Positions 12,101-21,958 of a DNA stretch of 64,000 nucleotides are shown here, piece after piece. Made by a program: the position numbers and the translations under genes. Location of the stretch: positions 2,046,001 to 2,110,000 of the forward strand of contig CM052817.1 in the NCBI GenBank assembly GCA_028534125.1. The letters run 5' to 3'. Positions within the stretch are counted from its first letter, which is position 1; every line of letters begins with the position of its first letter. The notes below the pieces were generated by a model that worked only from the letters and a program-made list of their open reading frames with translations, was not told the DNA's origin and did no database searches. This DNA comes from Lama glama. Taxonomy: Eukaryota.

Positions 12101-15100
12101 GGAGCCATTCCCCAGAAGCACGAGTGTTGGCAGGTGAAGCGAGGCCCCGGCCTCCTGGAAGGGGCTTGAGGCCACCGCCAGTGTCCCTGCATCCCTGGTC
12201 CCGCGGTGTAGGCGAGGAGCCTTGTCCACGTGCGTGTCCACAGGGCCCTGGAGGCTGCCGGTGTCCCCGGCGTGCCCCGTGATGCGCGGACGCTCTAGGT
12301 CATGAACCGCTGTTGGGAGCGGCAGGAAGGCCCCGGTCAGGATGCCGCCGGCACTCAGAGTCCTGCCCCGGGGCTGGGTCTTGTCAGACCTGCAACTGCG
12401 TCTCCGTGGGGACCCAAGGCGGTGCTGGTCTCCGCACGGTCGTACGCACGTGCGCACCTGGCGCTGTGGAGGGCGGGCGCTGCGTGGGGCGGGCGCCTTC
12501 CCGCTGGGACGGCGCGCGGACGCGGAGCGGGCGAAGCCGCAGCCTCCCGCGCGCACCGCCCCGCACGGCCTGCGCCGCGGCCTGGCTGTCCTGTCCTGCT
12601 CTTCTTTGTAGACTCCTGTGTGTAGTTTTCACCTGTGTTTGGAATCTGTTCTTCCCGGAGAAATAAACTCTAGATCTCATCACCGGACTGGTTTAAAACT
12701 CTCTCCTTTCTCATTTGAAACTTTGTTTCCACTTTAGAAAAACAATAAGGGTATCTTAATCCAGGGAAAGTATTGCACGTTTTTTGTGTGTGGGAGTCAC
12801 TGGGTTTACTTGAATACACTGGCTTTCAGAGATCTACCATTCACTCAGCAAACGCTCCCGAGCCCCTCCCGTGGGCCCCACGGGAGGCCCCCGCCCCAAG
12901 AGCCGGCATCGGCATCGGGCCTCCAGGCAGAGGAAGGGGTGCCAGGAGGGGGTGGGTGAGGCAGCCAGGCTGGATTCTCTTGGCTCGTTCGCCGTGAACC
13001 CAGGGTTGAGGTGTGCTGGCTGCCTGCTGTCAGTCTTCCGTCAGCCCCACCCAGCTCCTCCGGCTCCACGTTCTGCTCTGAGTGTGTCGGGCCCACGCTG
13101 TTCACCCAGGGTGTGCTCAGCCTTCCCCCTGCATGCCCATCTGCATGGGCAGTGTGCCTGGGGGTCCCTGTCTTTCCCAAGTGCGTCGCTCTCCGTGTAC
13201 TAGTCTCTGTGGGGTGGAAACCCGGAGCCCTGAGGGCTCCTCCTGACCGCTGACAGGGACCAGTTCCACAGCCACTACCAACCCCTAGCCCCCAAGGAGT
13301 TGGGGACCCTGGACACTTGGCTCCCAGCTGTCCCGAACAGGGAGGACGGAGAGGCACTTGGGCACAGGCCAGTGAGGCAGGTGCCAAGGAGCCATGAGGG
13401 CCTGTGATCTGCCCAGTGTCCCTCTGGAGCTGGGAAGAGCCTGGGCCACGTGTCCTTCTGTGCAGCATCTGCTTGTCCCACGAGGCCCCTGGGGGACAGC
13501 CTCCTTGTCGGCCTTGCCAGATGGATCCCCCGCTGGTCCATGAGCCCCACGTCCATTGTGACATGGGAACCACACCCAAGGTTCCTAGTCCCAGTGAAGA
13601 GCCTGCTCGTACCCCCCGGGCCAGCTTCCGTATTCTTGGGGCCAGAAGGCGGGTTTCACCCGGAGTTACTCTCGCCAATTCCAGCTGCCATGAACTGTTG
13701 CCCAGCAGTGTGGTGGCCGCCATGGCCCCTCCATCCCGTGTGATGGTGCCGTTGGGTCCCCAGGCTCCCACCCCAGGCTGCCAGCAGTGCGCCCCCACCC
13801 AGGGAGGGTCTCCCTCGGAGCCGTGCTGCCTGTCCACCTGGCCCTTAGTCCTCAGCACCCACGTATGCAAAGGACTGTCAGTGCCCAGTGTGGCTGAAAG
13901 ATGGTGGTCTTCAGAGGGACACGCGGCCCCGGCATGGAGCCTGTACTGTAGGGCGCACCTTCCCTGCAGGGGATTTGGTCCAAATTCCCAGCCACCTTCT
14001 GACCTGTTTGGTTTCCAACAAAACTCTGGGAGTTGGTGAGCGTGCTCTGGCAGTTCCCGTCCTGGGGAGGACCAGCTGGGACCTCAGGTCCCGGCAGAGC
14101 GAGAGTCAGGTTCTGAGTCAGTGTCCCCGGCTGTGCAGAGGGCAGTGCTCGCCCAGTGGGAGGAGGCGCCTGTGCCCACAGCAAGGCTGTCGGAGTCGCC
14201 CCCAGACGGCGCTACTCCCTAGGGAGGAAGGCACGTCTGTTGAACAGGGTCTTGGGTGAAGGTGTCCAGAGCCAGCTGAGGAGTGGTCTCCAGTGCTGAC
14301 CGAAGCCCCGGCCCAGCACCCACTCCACCCCTAGGTGTTGTCGGGCCGGCAGGTCCTCATCTTGGCTCCTGGGCTGAGCGATCAGCTGTGACACAGGACC
14401 CCAGGGTGCGGGCCTTACCATGTGGGGTCTGGGAGAAGTCTGCTCCAGGGGGTGTCTGGAGCCCTTCCCTGGGCCCTAGGTTTGGAGATTTCTCTCCCTA
14501 ACTGCCCCTTCCTCAGTCCAGTGGCTGGGCCCTCCATCCCTCCACCCCTCCACCGCCGTCTCAGCCCCTCACCCAGGCACCTGGCTGTGCTGGCACTGGG
14601 GGCCTGGGTCTGGGTCCCGGCCCAGAGTCCCTCAGCCCTTCCAGGAGGCCAGACTCTCGGGGGGCCCACAGGCCAGCTGGGCTCCCTGCCCCTGTCCTCA
14701 GCTGGCCCTGTGGCTACCTCAGTGCCCGTCCAGCCCTCCCCTAGGAGCACTCGCAAGGGATCCGTCCTGGCCTGGGTCCCCGGGGGCCCAGCACGAGGAC
14801 ATGCTGCTCACTGGGTGGGGCAGAAGTCAGCCAATTTGGGGGCCTCATGCCACACTGACAGTGTCCAGGGTCCCCAAAGATGTGTCCAGTTAGCAGAGCA
14901 GTGGGGAGCCCTCAGCCCACTTGGCAGCAGTTACGGTAGCTCTCCTGCTCACTCGCCCACAGCCCACCTGCCAGGGGTCGTTGTAGCCTAGCAACCTGGT
15001 TTCCATGGGAACGGGGCTAGTGTTAACCAGAGGCCACATGCCCACTCCAGGGCCACACCTTTTACCTTGGCAGGAAAAGTGCCCAGACCACATGCCCTTG

Positions 15101-18100
15101 GTGTGGCCATGAGTCCTGGGAGCCGATCTGCACCGGGCTGCCCAGTGCCCAGCCACTCCCCCAGCCTGGACCCCAGCGACGGTCTCCGTGTGTCACACCT
15201 GCTCAGTCCCAGCTGAGGCAGAAGCCCTGGGCTGGAGACACTGGTGAAGCCTGCCTGGCTCCAGCTGTGACAGGACGACAGCCACAGGGGGTCCAGCTGC
15301 CCGACCCCAGGGGTGTCGGGGCTCCTGGGCCAGCTGTGCAGCTCTCCCCAGCCCAGGATCCAGCCTCTTGTCCCTGTATCCACCCCCACTCCCGCCACGT
15401 TTGCACTTGTCCACTCAGATGTCCCCTCTCTCCAGTAGAGGCCTGGCCCTTCTGTCTGGGTGGCCGGGGGACGCGCCTCCCGTGCACACCTGCTTTCTGG
15501 GGCAGCCAGCCAGCCTCCCCAGCACAAACTGTGATGTGACCTGGAGTGGCTGCCTGCTTTCCTGGGACACGGAAGTCCCAGGAGGGCGGCCTCTGCAGGG
15601 GCGCTCTCCAGAACGCCCTTTCCAGCAGTGTGTTCTTGTGCCCTGGCCTGGCCCTGGCCTGGCCGGAGCTGTGTGGACCTTCTCCTGCTAGTGCCTGGGA
15701 GCTCCTGGGCCAGCCTGGCCACTCCACAGTCCTCTCAGGCTGACCGGGCTGGCCCAGCACCCCTGCCCCAGACCCCTGGCCGAAGTTCTGACTACTCCAT
15801 CCTCCTGGCCACTCAGGCCAACGGCCCTGGGTCTCCTGTTGCCTGTCCATCCTCTGTCCATCCCCCTCTTCTGTCTTCCCCACATGCCTTGCCGTTGGTC
15901 TGCTCCACCTGACCTCTGGGCCCCTCAGAGTGGAAGCCACGGGCCACCAGTGGCTGGCAGCGTGACCTTCCAGCCCCCCACCCCTCATCCCCACCTGCAA
16001 GCCTGCACTCAGAGAGGCCTCAGGACATCCAAGTTGCCACCCACCCCTTGTGTGCTGGAGTCCTGGCCCCCAGTAGGTGCTCAGGACCGATCTGCTGCAT
16101 GAGGAGGGGTTCAGCACAGTCTGAGCTGGAGACCGAATGGCGGGAGACCTCGTGCGTGTCACGAGCAGGAACAGGACTTTGGTCGGGCCGTCCTCAAGCT
16201 TTCTCAGGGGTACCCAGTCAGTCTCCATGGAGGCAGGCAGAGTGAGATGGGGGGCCCAGGGCCAGCAGAGGCCTTGGGATGGCCCAGAAGGGCTGGAGGC
16301 TGAGGCTAGACTGTGGCTCTCTCTGGGGGCAGGAGGGACCGTGGGGTTGAGGCTGGATCCTGAGAGAGAGCCAGAGGTGGCCGAGGGGTCAAGCCATGCC
16401 CCCGTCCTGGCTCCACCACCAGTGCAGCCCTGTACCCTGCTGTCCCCAAGAGGAGGGCCCTGACTGGACCTCCACCTTCTCCCAACTTGGAGCCTTTAGG
16501 GCCAATCCCCTCAGTAAAGTGAGGTGTCCAGGCTCTTGGGAGGGACCTTTGAGGTCCCGATTATGATGGGGGCTCCAGAGAGTCAGAACCACAGAATTTG
16601 GTCTGCCAGAGGGGTAGGGTCTGTGGTGTCTTGAGCTCCCCCAAGGGGAACCCTGGCTGGGTGGACGGCTTCCAAGTGGGTGAGCCATCCCCACTGTCCC
16701 AACTGGACTGGACCCTCCTCATTGCATGGGGTGTCTGCAGAGGGCTCCCCTCATTCCCATGGAAACCAAGTTACTAGGTTACAGTGACCCCTGGCAGGTG
16801 GGCCGTGGGCAAGCGAGCGGGAGAGCTACCGTAACGGCTGCGAAGTGGGCTGAGGGCTCCTCACTGCTCTGCTAACTGGACACGTCTTTGGGGACACTGG
16901 ACACTGTGTCAGTGTGGCATGAGGCCCCCAAATAATCAGGGCAGCCTGAGAGGCCGTGACACCCGCCTGCTGCACGGGGTTGGGCCCTGCTACTAAGTCA
17001 CCAGCTTGGGTATGCCACTTCCTCAGGAGAGCAAGTGTGGGTGGGCAGGCAGGAAGGGCCTGGACCGCTGCCACCCTCCCTGTGACATGCAGGTCATTAG
17101 CCTGTGGGCAAGCCTCCTGTCCCCAGAAGCAGGCGTCCCTCGCCATCCTGAGCCCACTGAGCTGTCCCCGTCTCCTGCAGGCCTCTGTCTTCCCAGGAGT
17201 CCAAAGGGGCAGGACAGGAGAGGGCCGTGACCCTGAACACACATGGGACTGCAGGCCTCTGAATGCTCCAGACAGATGCCCCAAATGGGGACAAACGATT
17301 GAGGGGCAAAGCCCTGACTCTCCACATGGCCTGGAATTCAAGGGAAGACCAGCCCCACCCCATCATCTCCTGGGCCTCAGAACCCAGCAACAAGCAGGGG
17401 ACAGGGTAGGTCCCGGCAGGCCTTAGCAGGATGTTTGTTGAATGACTAAAGGACTGCCTGGAAGAAGCTTCTAGTCACAGCTGTTCATGTGGACCCTTGG
17501 AACTCAAAAGAGGCAGCTTTTCCTGAAAACCCCTCCCACTGCTCCACAGCCATCGGACCTGTCCAATAGGACCCACGTGGCCTGAGCAGCCCTGTGTGAG
17601 GCCCCGGTGCGTACGCGCTGGGGAAGGAAGCGGGTGAGAGGCCCTTCTGCCGGGCCTCGGACAGATTTGGTCCGGTTAGGTCAGAGGGGACCACGGGCCT
17701 CGGCCTGCAGGCTGAGACTCTCCTCAGGGGTGCCGGGGGCCCCGAAGCAGCTCCTGACCCCCATGGTTGTCCTCAATTTCGCTTGTAGGCCTCGGACCCA
17801 TGGAGGGAGCAGGGCCTTCACCTCCACCAGCAAGACCAGGCAGCTGACACCCAGGGAGGGGCAGCCAGTGGCAGGACGCCGTGTCCCTGGGGGCCGTGGC
17901 TGGGCCCCCCACAGGCGCCTGAGGGTCCTGGGAGCCAGGCTCACCGAGGACACCCCCCAGGTACTCTGGGCTCCCGCCCACACCTGGACAGACTAGGGCC
18001 TGGCACCCCGCCCGTGGTCCTAACCCAGGTGGCGCTGTTCTGGGAGTGGCCTGAGGAGCACACTGAGGGACTGAGGCTGTGGGCACCTGCCAGGCCCCCC

Positions 18101-19711
18101 TGCGCCCTCCCTTCACTGGGTCCTGGGGGCTGCACCTCTGTCCTCCAGGGGCCCCACCTGGGACCAGAGCAGTGATGGCTCTGAGACAGATGGGCCTCCT
18201 GGGGGTGGTGGGCAGGGAGGTGAGGCTGACCACCCCAGGGTCTAGAAGCTTCCAGGGCAGTTTCAGGCAGCCTGGGAATTCCTGGGGGTGAGGTGGGGGC
18301 TTGGAGGCAGAGGCCTGGCCGACCACTGAGGACCTGGAAGAGGGGCTGAGGTGGAGGAAGGGGCACTTGGCTCATGGTGTTGGCGGTGGGGCTGGACTGT
18401 GTGGAGGAGGGCCTGGGGAGGATTCAGAGTCTGGGAGGCGGAGGATGTGGGCCCAGGCATCAGGCAGGTGGGCCACCGCACTGGTGGGGTAAGAGGGCCC
18501 TGGGGGGCTGGAGGCCTGGCCCAGGCTCTGCCTTACCCTGGCCTGGGAGCTACAGCCTTCCAAGGGGCCTGTTAGTGAGGCCTGTGGGTGGAGACCGAGG
18601 GGCCTGGCGAGGGCCCTGGTCCTCCCCACAAGCCCAGAAAGGGGTGCCCCTGTAACCTGTCATGACAGAGGGTCTCACGCCACTTACTGCCTCTGCAGAC
18701 AGCCCCCTGTGGAGGAGCGAAGGGGGCCCAGCTCTGTTCCTGAGCCGCAGTGGGGGTGGGGTGGATGGGCCGCACGGGGCCTGCTGGGCATGGGTGAGGT
18801 GGGGCTGGGGGGCTCTCGTGAGAAGTTCCCACACCCTGCTCCCAGGTGCCCAAACCCCACCCCAGAGGCAACTGCGTCCCTCTGAGGGACCTGGGACCTC
18901 TTATCCCAGCCCCTCCCCCACCCCCAGGCATGGAGCCCTCATTCCTGCAACGCAGCCCACACCCGGGCGCATAGCCCCCACTCACAGCCCCCGGGAGGGC
19001 AGCTCAGTCACCCTGACGCCCCTGGGGAGGGTCAGGAGGAGGTGGGGTGGCCTCTGGGGCATTGCCGGGGCTCAGGTGCTGACTCAGTTTTGAGCTCCCC
19101 CAAGGGGAGACCTGGCTGGGCAGACGGCGCCCAAGTTGGTGAGCCATCCCCCTCTGTCCTGACTGGACCGGACCCTCCTCGTTGCATGGGGTGTCTGCAG
19201 AGGGCGCCCCACTGCTGGGCACACGGTGGGGCCCAGGAGGGGCCGCCGGCTTGTGTAACCAGAGGCTCAAGGCTGGCAGCCTGCAGCCAGCCATGCTGCT
19301 GGCCCACCCTCTCCACACGCCTGCGCCAGGCTGAGGGGCCCGAGGTTGGAGGCTGCCTACCCCTGGGACGCATCTGGGTGCTTCAGGAACCCCTTGACAG
19401 CACCTGTGGGAGGAGGGGGGTGGGCAGCTTCCAGAGCCCAGGGCGGGCCAACAGGTGACAGCCTCTCTCTTCTCCCTGTGACAGGAGGTGGGGCCCGAAG
19501 CAGCCGAGGCCCCCAGGTCAACTCGATCATCGACGTGGACGGTGTCACTGGCTCAGCTTCTGGGCTGGGCAGCAGCATTCCAGGGGTACGGACAGGCCCC
19601 CGGAGATCACGGGCCAGCAGGGCCTCAACATCAGACCACCCTGGCCTGAGCCCTGTCCGGGGTGGGCCTGCTAAGCCCAAGGCCAGCCCACACCACGCAA
19701 CCTTCGTCTGA
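1..19711 (+). CDS. RGS12: RGS12 (regulator of G-protein signalling 12), 3' part of spliced gene, 5'-truncated by window. Exons 1-134, 455-608, 2421-2497, 4248-4442, 4787-4860, 5297-5423, 7301-7397, 8938-9017, [exon in N gap], 10944-11402, 19485-19711
   Basis: Spliced translation matches mammalian RGS12: RGS-box end [16 protein letters not shown]1/RBD2, GoLoco [20 protein letters not shown]-terminal HHATFV. GT-AG junctions have consistent phases except across the gap. Synteny with HGFAC and DOK7. Confidence 0.97.
455..608 (+). CDS. RGS12: RGS12 exon, [51 protein letters not shown]
   Basis: gatggcag|CTG ... AAC G|gttggt; 154 nt, phase 0->1. Confidence 0.95.
2421..2497 (+). CDS. RGS12: RGS12 exon, [26 protein letters not shown]
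   Basis: ccccttctag|AC ... CTG|gtgagt; 77 nt, phase 1->0. Confidence 0.96.
3100..3222 (+). mobile_element. MaLR LTR (MLT1-type) remnant, internally deleted
   Basis: tgtgtcagttagctactgctgcctaacaaactaccccaaagctcag start and cagtcaatctaccac end resemble MLT1 termini; orientation label approximate. Confidence 0.55.
4038..4059 (+). repeat. (GA)11 microsatellite
   Basis: Direct reading. Confidence 0.95.
4248..4442 (+). CDS. RGS12: RGS12 exon, RBD1 ([35 protein letters not shown]...LFLVGGDK)
   Basis: cccccag|CCA ... AAG|gtaagg; 195 nt. Confidence 0.96.
4787..4860 (+). CDS. RGS12: RGS12 exon, [25 protein letters not shown] (RBD1/RBD2 junction)
   Basis: cccaaag|CCT ... CG|gtaaga; 74 nt, phase 0->2. 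Confidence 0.96.
5297..5423 (+). CDS. RGS12: RGS12 exon, RBD2 ([42 protein letters not shown])
   Basis: caccag|G ... CTG|gtgagt; 127 nt, phase 2->0. Confidence 0.96.
7301..7397 (+). CDS. RGS12: RGS12 exon, end of RBD2 ([32 protein letters not shown])
   Basis: ctgcctctag|AAC ... AAA G|gtgagc; 97 nt, phase 0->1. Confidence 0.96.
8938..9017 (+). CDS. RGS12: RGS12 exon, [27 protein letters not shown]
   Basis: tgttcag|TG ... ACG|gtaact; 80 nt, phase 1->0. Confidence 0.93.
9365..9576. other. Assembly gap (212 N), probably hiding one RGS12 coding exon
   Basis: Run of N; flanking exons are phase-incompatible (0 vs 1). Confidence 0.95.
10944..11402 (+). CDS. RGS12: RGS12 GoLoco exon ([36 protein letters not shown]...GPARPG)
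   Basis: ttttcttccgtag|AG ... CCA G|gtacct; 459 nt, phase 1->1; GoLoco DQR triad present. Confidence 0.96.
11403..11437 (+). CDS. RGS12: RGS12 short-isoform C-terminus by read-through of the donor ([11 protein letters not shown])
   Basis: ORF 10889..11437 continues to TGA; AATAAA follows at 11509; other mammals have a short isoform ending GTSRF at this position (recalled). Confidence 0.75.
11509..11514 (+). terminator. Poly(A) signal, RGS12 short isoform (proximal)
   Basis: AATAAA 72 nt after read-through stop. Confidence 0.6.
12662..12667 (+). terminator. Poly(A) signal, RGS12 short isoform (distal, long 3' UTR)
   Basis: AATAAA with upstream TGTA motifs (12607, 12621) and downstream T-rich tract. 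Confidence 0.6.
14834..15011 (+). repeat. Inverted repeat, arm A (pairs with 16754-16933)
   Basis: Manual alignment with reverse complement of arm B: 14 substitutions + one 2-nt indel over 180 nt. Confidence 0.95.
16631..16750 (+). repeat. Direct repeat, copy 1 (~120 bp; copy 2 at 19090-19210)
   Basis: TTGAGCTCCCCCAAGGGG...TTGCATGGGGTGTCTGCAGAGGGC in both; ~14 differences over 121 nt. Confidence 0.95.
16754..16933 (-). repeat. Inverted repeat, arm B (reverse complement of 14834-15011)
   Basis: As above. Confidence 0.95.
19090..19210 (+). repeat. Direct repeat, copy 2 (copy 1 at 16631-16750)
   Basis: As above. Confidence 0.95.
19485..19711 (+). CDS. RGS12: RGS12 terminal exon of long isoform ([18 protein letters not shown]...ASPHHATFV*), class I PDZ-binding C-terminus
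   Basis: tctccctgtgacag|GA phase 1; TGA 19709-19711. Confidence 0.95.
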
Positions 19712-19963
19712 GGCTGCCTGCGGACCTGTCCCTGAAGGCCACCCCTCCTGCCCCTGTGCCTGAGCTGCCCTGCTGGCCGTACACGTGGAGAACAGGATCC
19801 CTTGGGGGCAGCCTACGCCCGCCTGGGCCTCCTCGGCCACCACGCCTTCGAGAGCCGAACCAGGAGAGGGCAGAGGGGCCCGGGCTCGGACAATCGCCAA
19901 GGTTGGCCCAGAGGGCTGCTCGGCGCCTGCCTGCTGCCGCCACTCGGCGTCCGGCCTTCCCTC

Positions 19964-19969
19964 AATAAA
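19964..19969 (+). terminator. Poly(A) signal, RGS12 long isoform
   Basis: AATAAA 253 nt after stop. Confidence 0.85.
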
Positions 19970-21765
19970 GTGTCTTTGAGGACCTGGAGCGTCGGCCTCG
20001 TGCTGGGAACTGGGCGCAGACCCCGCCCTCGGAGAGCCGTGCCCCCATGGGGCGCGTGCACGCATCGGAAGAGGGGCGGGGAGAAAAGGGGCTCTGGGTG
20101 GTGAAGTCAAAGGTGGCAAAGAAAGAAGGCCGACCTGACAGGAAAGGCCTAGCCTGCAGGCAGCGGGACATGGCTCTGCCGGGTCAAGGCCCGGGCTTGC
20201 CCACTCGCACCACGTCCCGCAGGTCAGTGCAGGCTCTCCTCCCCGGCGTGGCTGCCGGTGGGGGCAGGGCTTGCCCTGGGGGTCGTCTAGGCCACCCTGC
20301 CCTGTCCTTTCGCCCTTGGCCGCATTTAGAGGGGTGGTGTGGCAGGGCTTGTCCATGGAGGGACATCTCAGGGGAAACCTGACTGCCCCGCTGAGGAGGG
20401 GTGGGGAAGAGCCTCAGCCTGTGCAAAGGCCCTGAGGCTTGAGCGAGTCAGGAGGGGCCGGGGTGGCAGGCAGGCCAGCAGGCAGGGCCATGGCGGGGTG
20501 CTGGGTTGTAGCGGACAGAGATGGCGCTCTGGCCCAGGTGCCACGGTGGAACCCCAACACTAAGAGCTGAGGGCCGCCTGCACTCCTTCCTCCTCTGAGT
20601 TGGGGGGCAGTCTTGTCACACATGTCAGGCTTCTCAGAGAGGGCCTTCAGCATGAGTGCCCCAGGCCGCAGAGTTTGTTCTGGATGCTTCCGGGGAGCTG
20701 TGTGCTGAGCAGGGGCCCAGGGGAGGCGTCTGAATGGAAGGGAGGGGCCCAGCACCCACTGCATGCCAAGCTGGGGCCCTGCTCAGCTTCTGCACTCCCT
20801 CCGTCTACACAGACGGGGAAATAGGGGCCCAGAGGGATTGTGACCAGTGAGGCAGCTGCAGTGTCCCCGTGCAGGCAGTGGAGCTGACTAGTGGGGGCCC
20901 AGGGAACCCCCACCTCCGTGGCCACTTGGAAATCACAGAAGAGGTTCCCACAATAGCTCTGTCCACAGCCCCAGTCATGAACTCTAGGGCTGGGTCGGGG
21001 ATGACTGCAGCCGTGTCCAGGGGGCAATACCCCATCCCCATTCACAGACATGTGGAGCAAGGCACATCCAGACCTAGGTAGGACCCCCAAGCCAGGCCTC
21101 TGCATCCCTGGGTGGCCCCTAGGTGCCTGGCCAGGGCTTGGGATGGGATGCCAGGCAGAGTGGGACAGATTGAGGGGACGGCACAGGTGGTCCAGGCTGT
21201 GACGAGGAAGCCCAGGGCCATGGGAGTCCTGGAGCCGGGGGTTGGGGAGCAATGGCGTGGGGGGTACTCCTGGGCACCCCTGAGCTAGGGCAGCAGACGG
21301 GGCTCTACTCCCATAGGAGGTCCCACCCAGCTCATCCTGGGAGGGGACAGGCAGAAGCACTGTGGAGAAGGCGGCAGAGGTGCCTATCCTGCGGACGTTG
21401 TTTGTGATACTCAGCCGGTGTACACACCCTCTTCTCTGTGCCTGGCCTTTTGCTGGCCAGGGGCCACTCCATCCTCCAGGCCCGGCCCTCCGAAGGGCTC
21501 AGCACCTGTAACTGCTCTGGTTGTGAACAATTAGTGGCCAGCCCTGCACCCAGGTGGGAATCAGAAGCTGGGGCTGGGAGTCCAGACCGCTTCCTGCCAT
21601 GTAACCCTGGAAGACTTCCTGGAGGAGGCTTCTAAGCTGAGACTCGAAGACACTGTAAGGTTCAGGACCAGCATGGCTGAGGCCAGAGGGGACAGCTAGG
21701 TCAGGCAGGGTGAGCTGGGCAGCAGATGTAGGGGACATGTGGGCCTGGCATGGGCGGCAGCTGGG

Positions 21766-21790
21766 GTTAATCATTTCTAGGTGGCCTTGA
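21766..21790 (+). promoter_or_regulatory. HGFAC proximal promoter: HNF1-type site (GTTAATCATTTCT, 21766-21778) and NR5A2/LRH-1-ERR-type site (TCAAGGCCA on minus strand, 21782-21790)
   Basis: Motif matches 64-88 nt upstream of the ATG of a liver-expressed gene; no TATA box seen. Confidence 0.7.
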
Positions 21791-21853
21791 CCCCCACCTG
21801 CCCTGGCTGCTCTGCTTCTGCCTGTTGCTCCTCCCGCCAGTTCAGGAGGAGCC

Positions 21854-21958
21854 ATGGGGAGCTGGGCCTGGGTCCCCAGCCCCTGCCCCCTACCTGGGCT
21901 GCCCCTGCTGCTGCTGCTGCTGCTGGTGCCTCGCGGGGCTCAGCCCCAGGCGGGCAGG
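21854..21958 (+). CDS. HGFAC: HGFAC exon 1, signal peptide [35 protein letters not shown]
   Basis: Kozak gccATGG; (CTG)7 at 21905-21925; AGG|gtgagc. Confidence 0.95.

Noticed and set aside
12845-13870. 341-aa minus-strand ORF, and similar long ORFs at 15203-16228, 43457-44506, 50499-51470 and 55733-56716
   Set aside because: Low-complexity Pro/Gly/Arg/Ala translations without recognisable domains; expected from stop-codon scarcity in GC-rich DNA or as antisense shadows of real exons.
21905-21925. (CTG)7 as an unstable triplet repeat
   Set aside because: Ordinary short poly-Leu core of a signal peptide.
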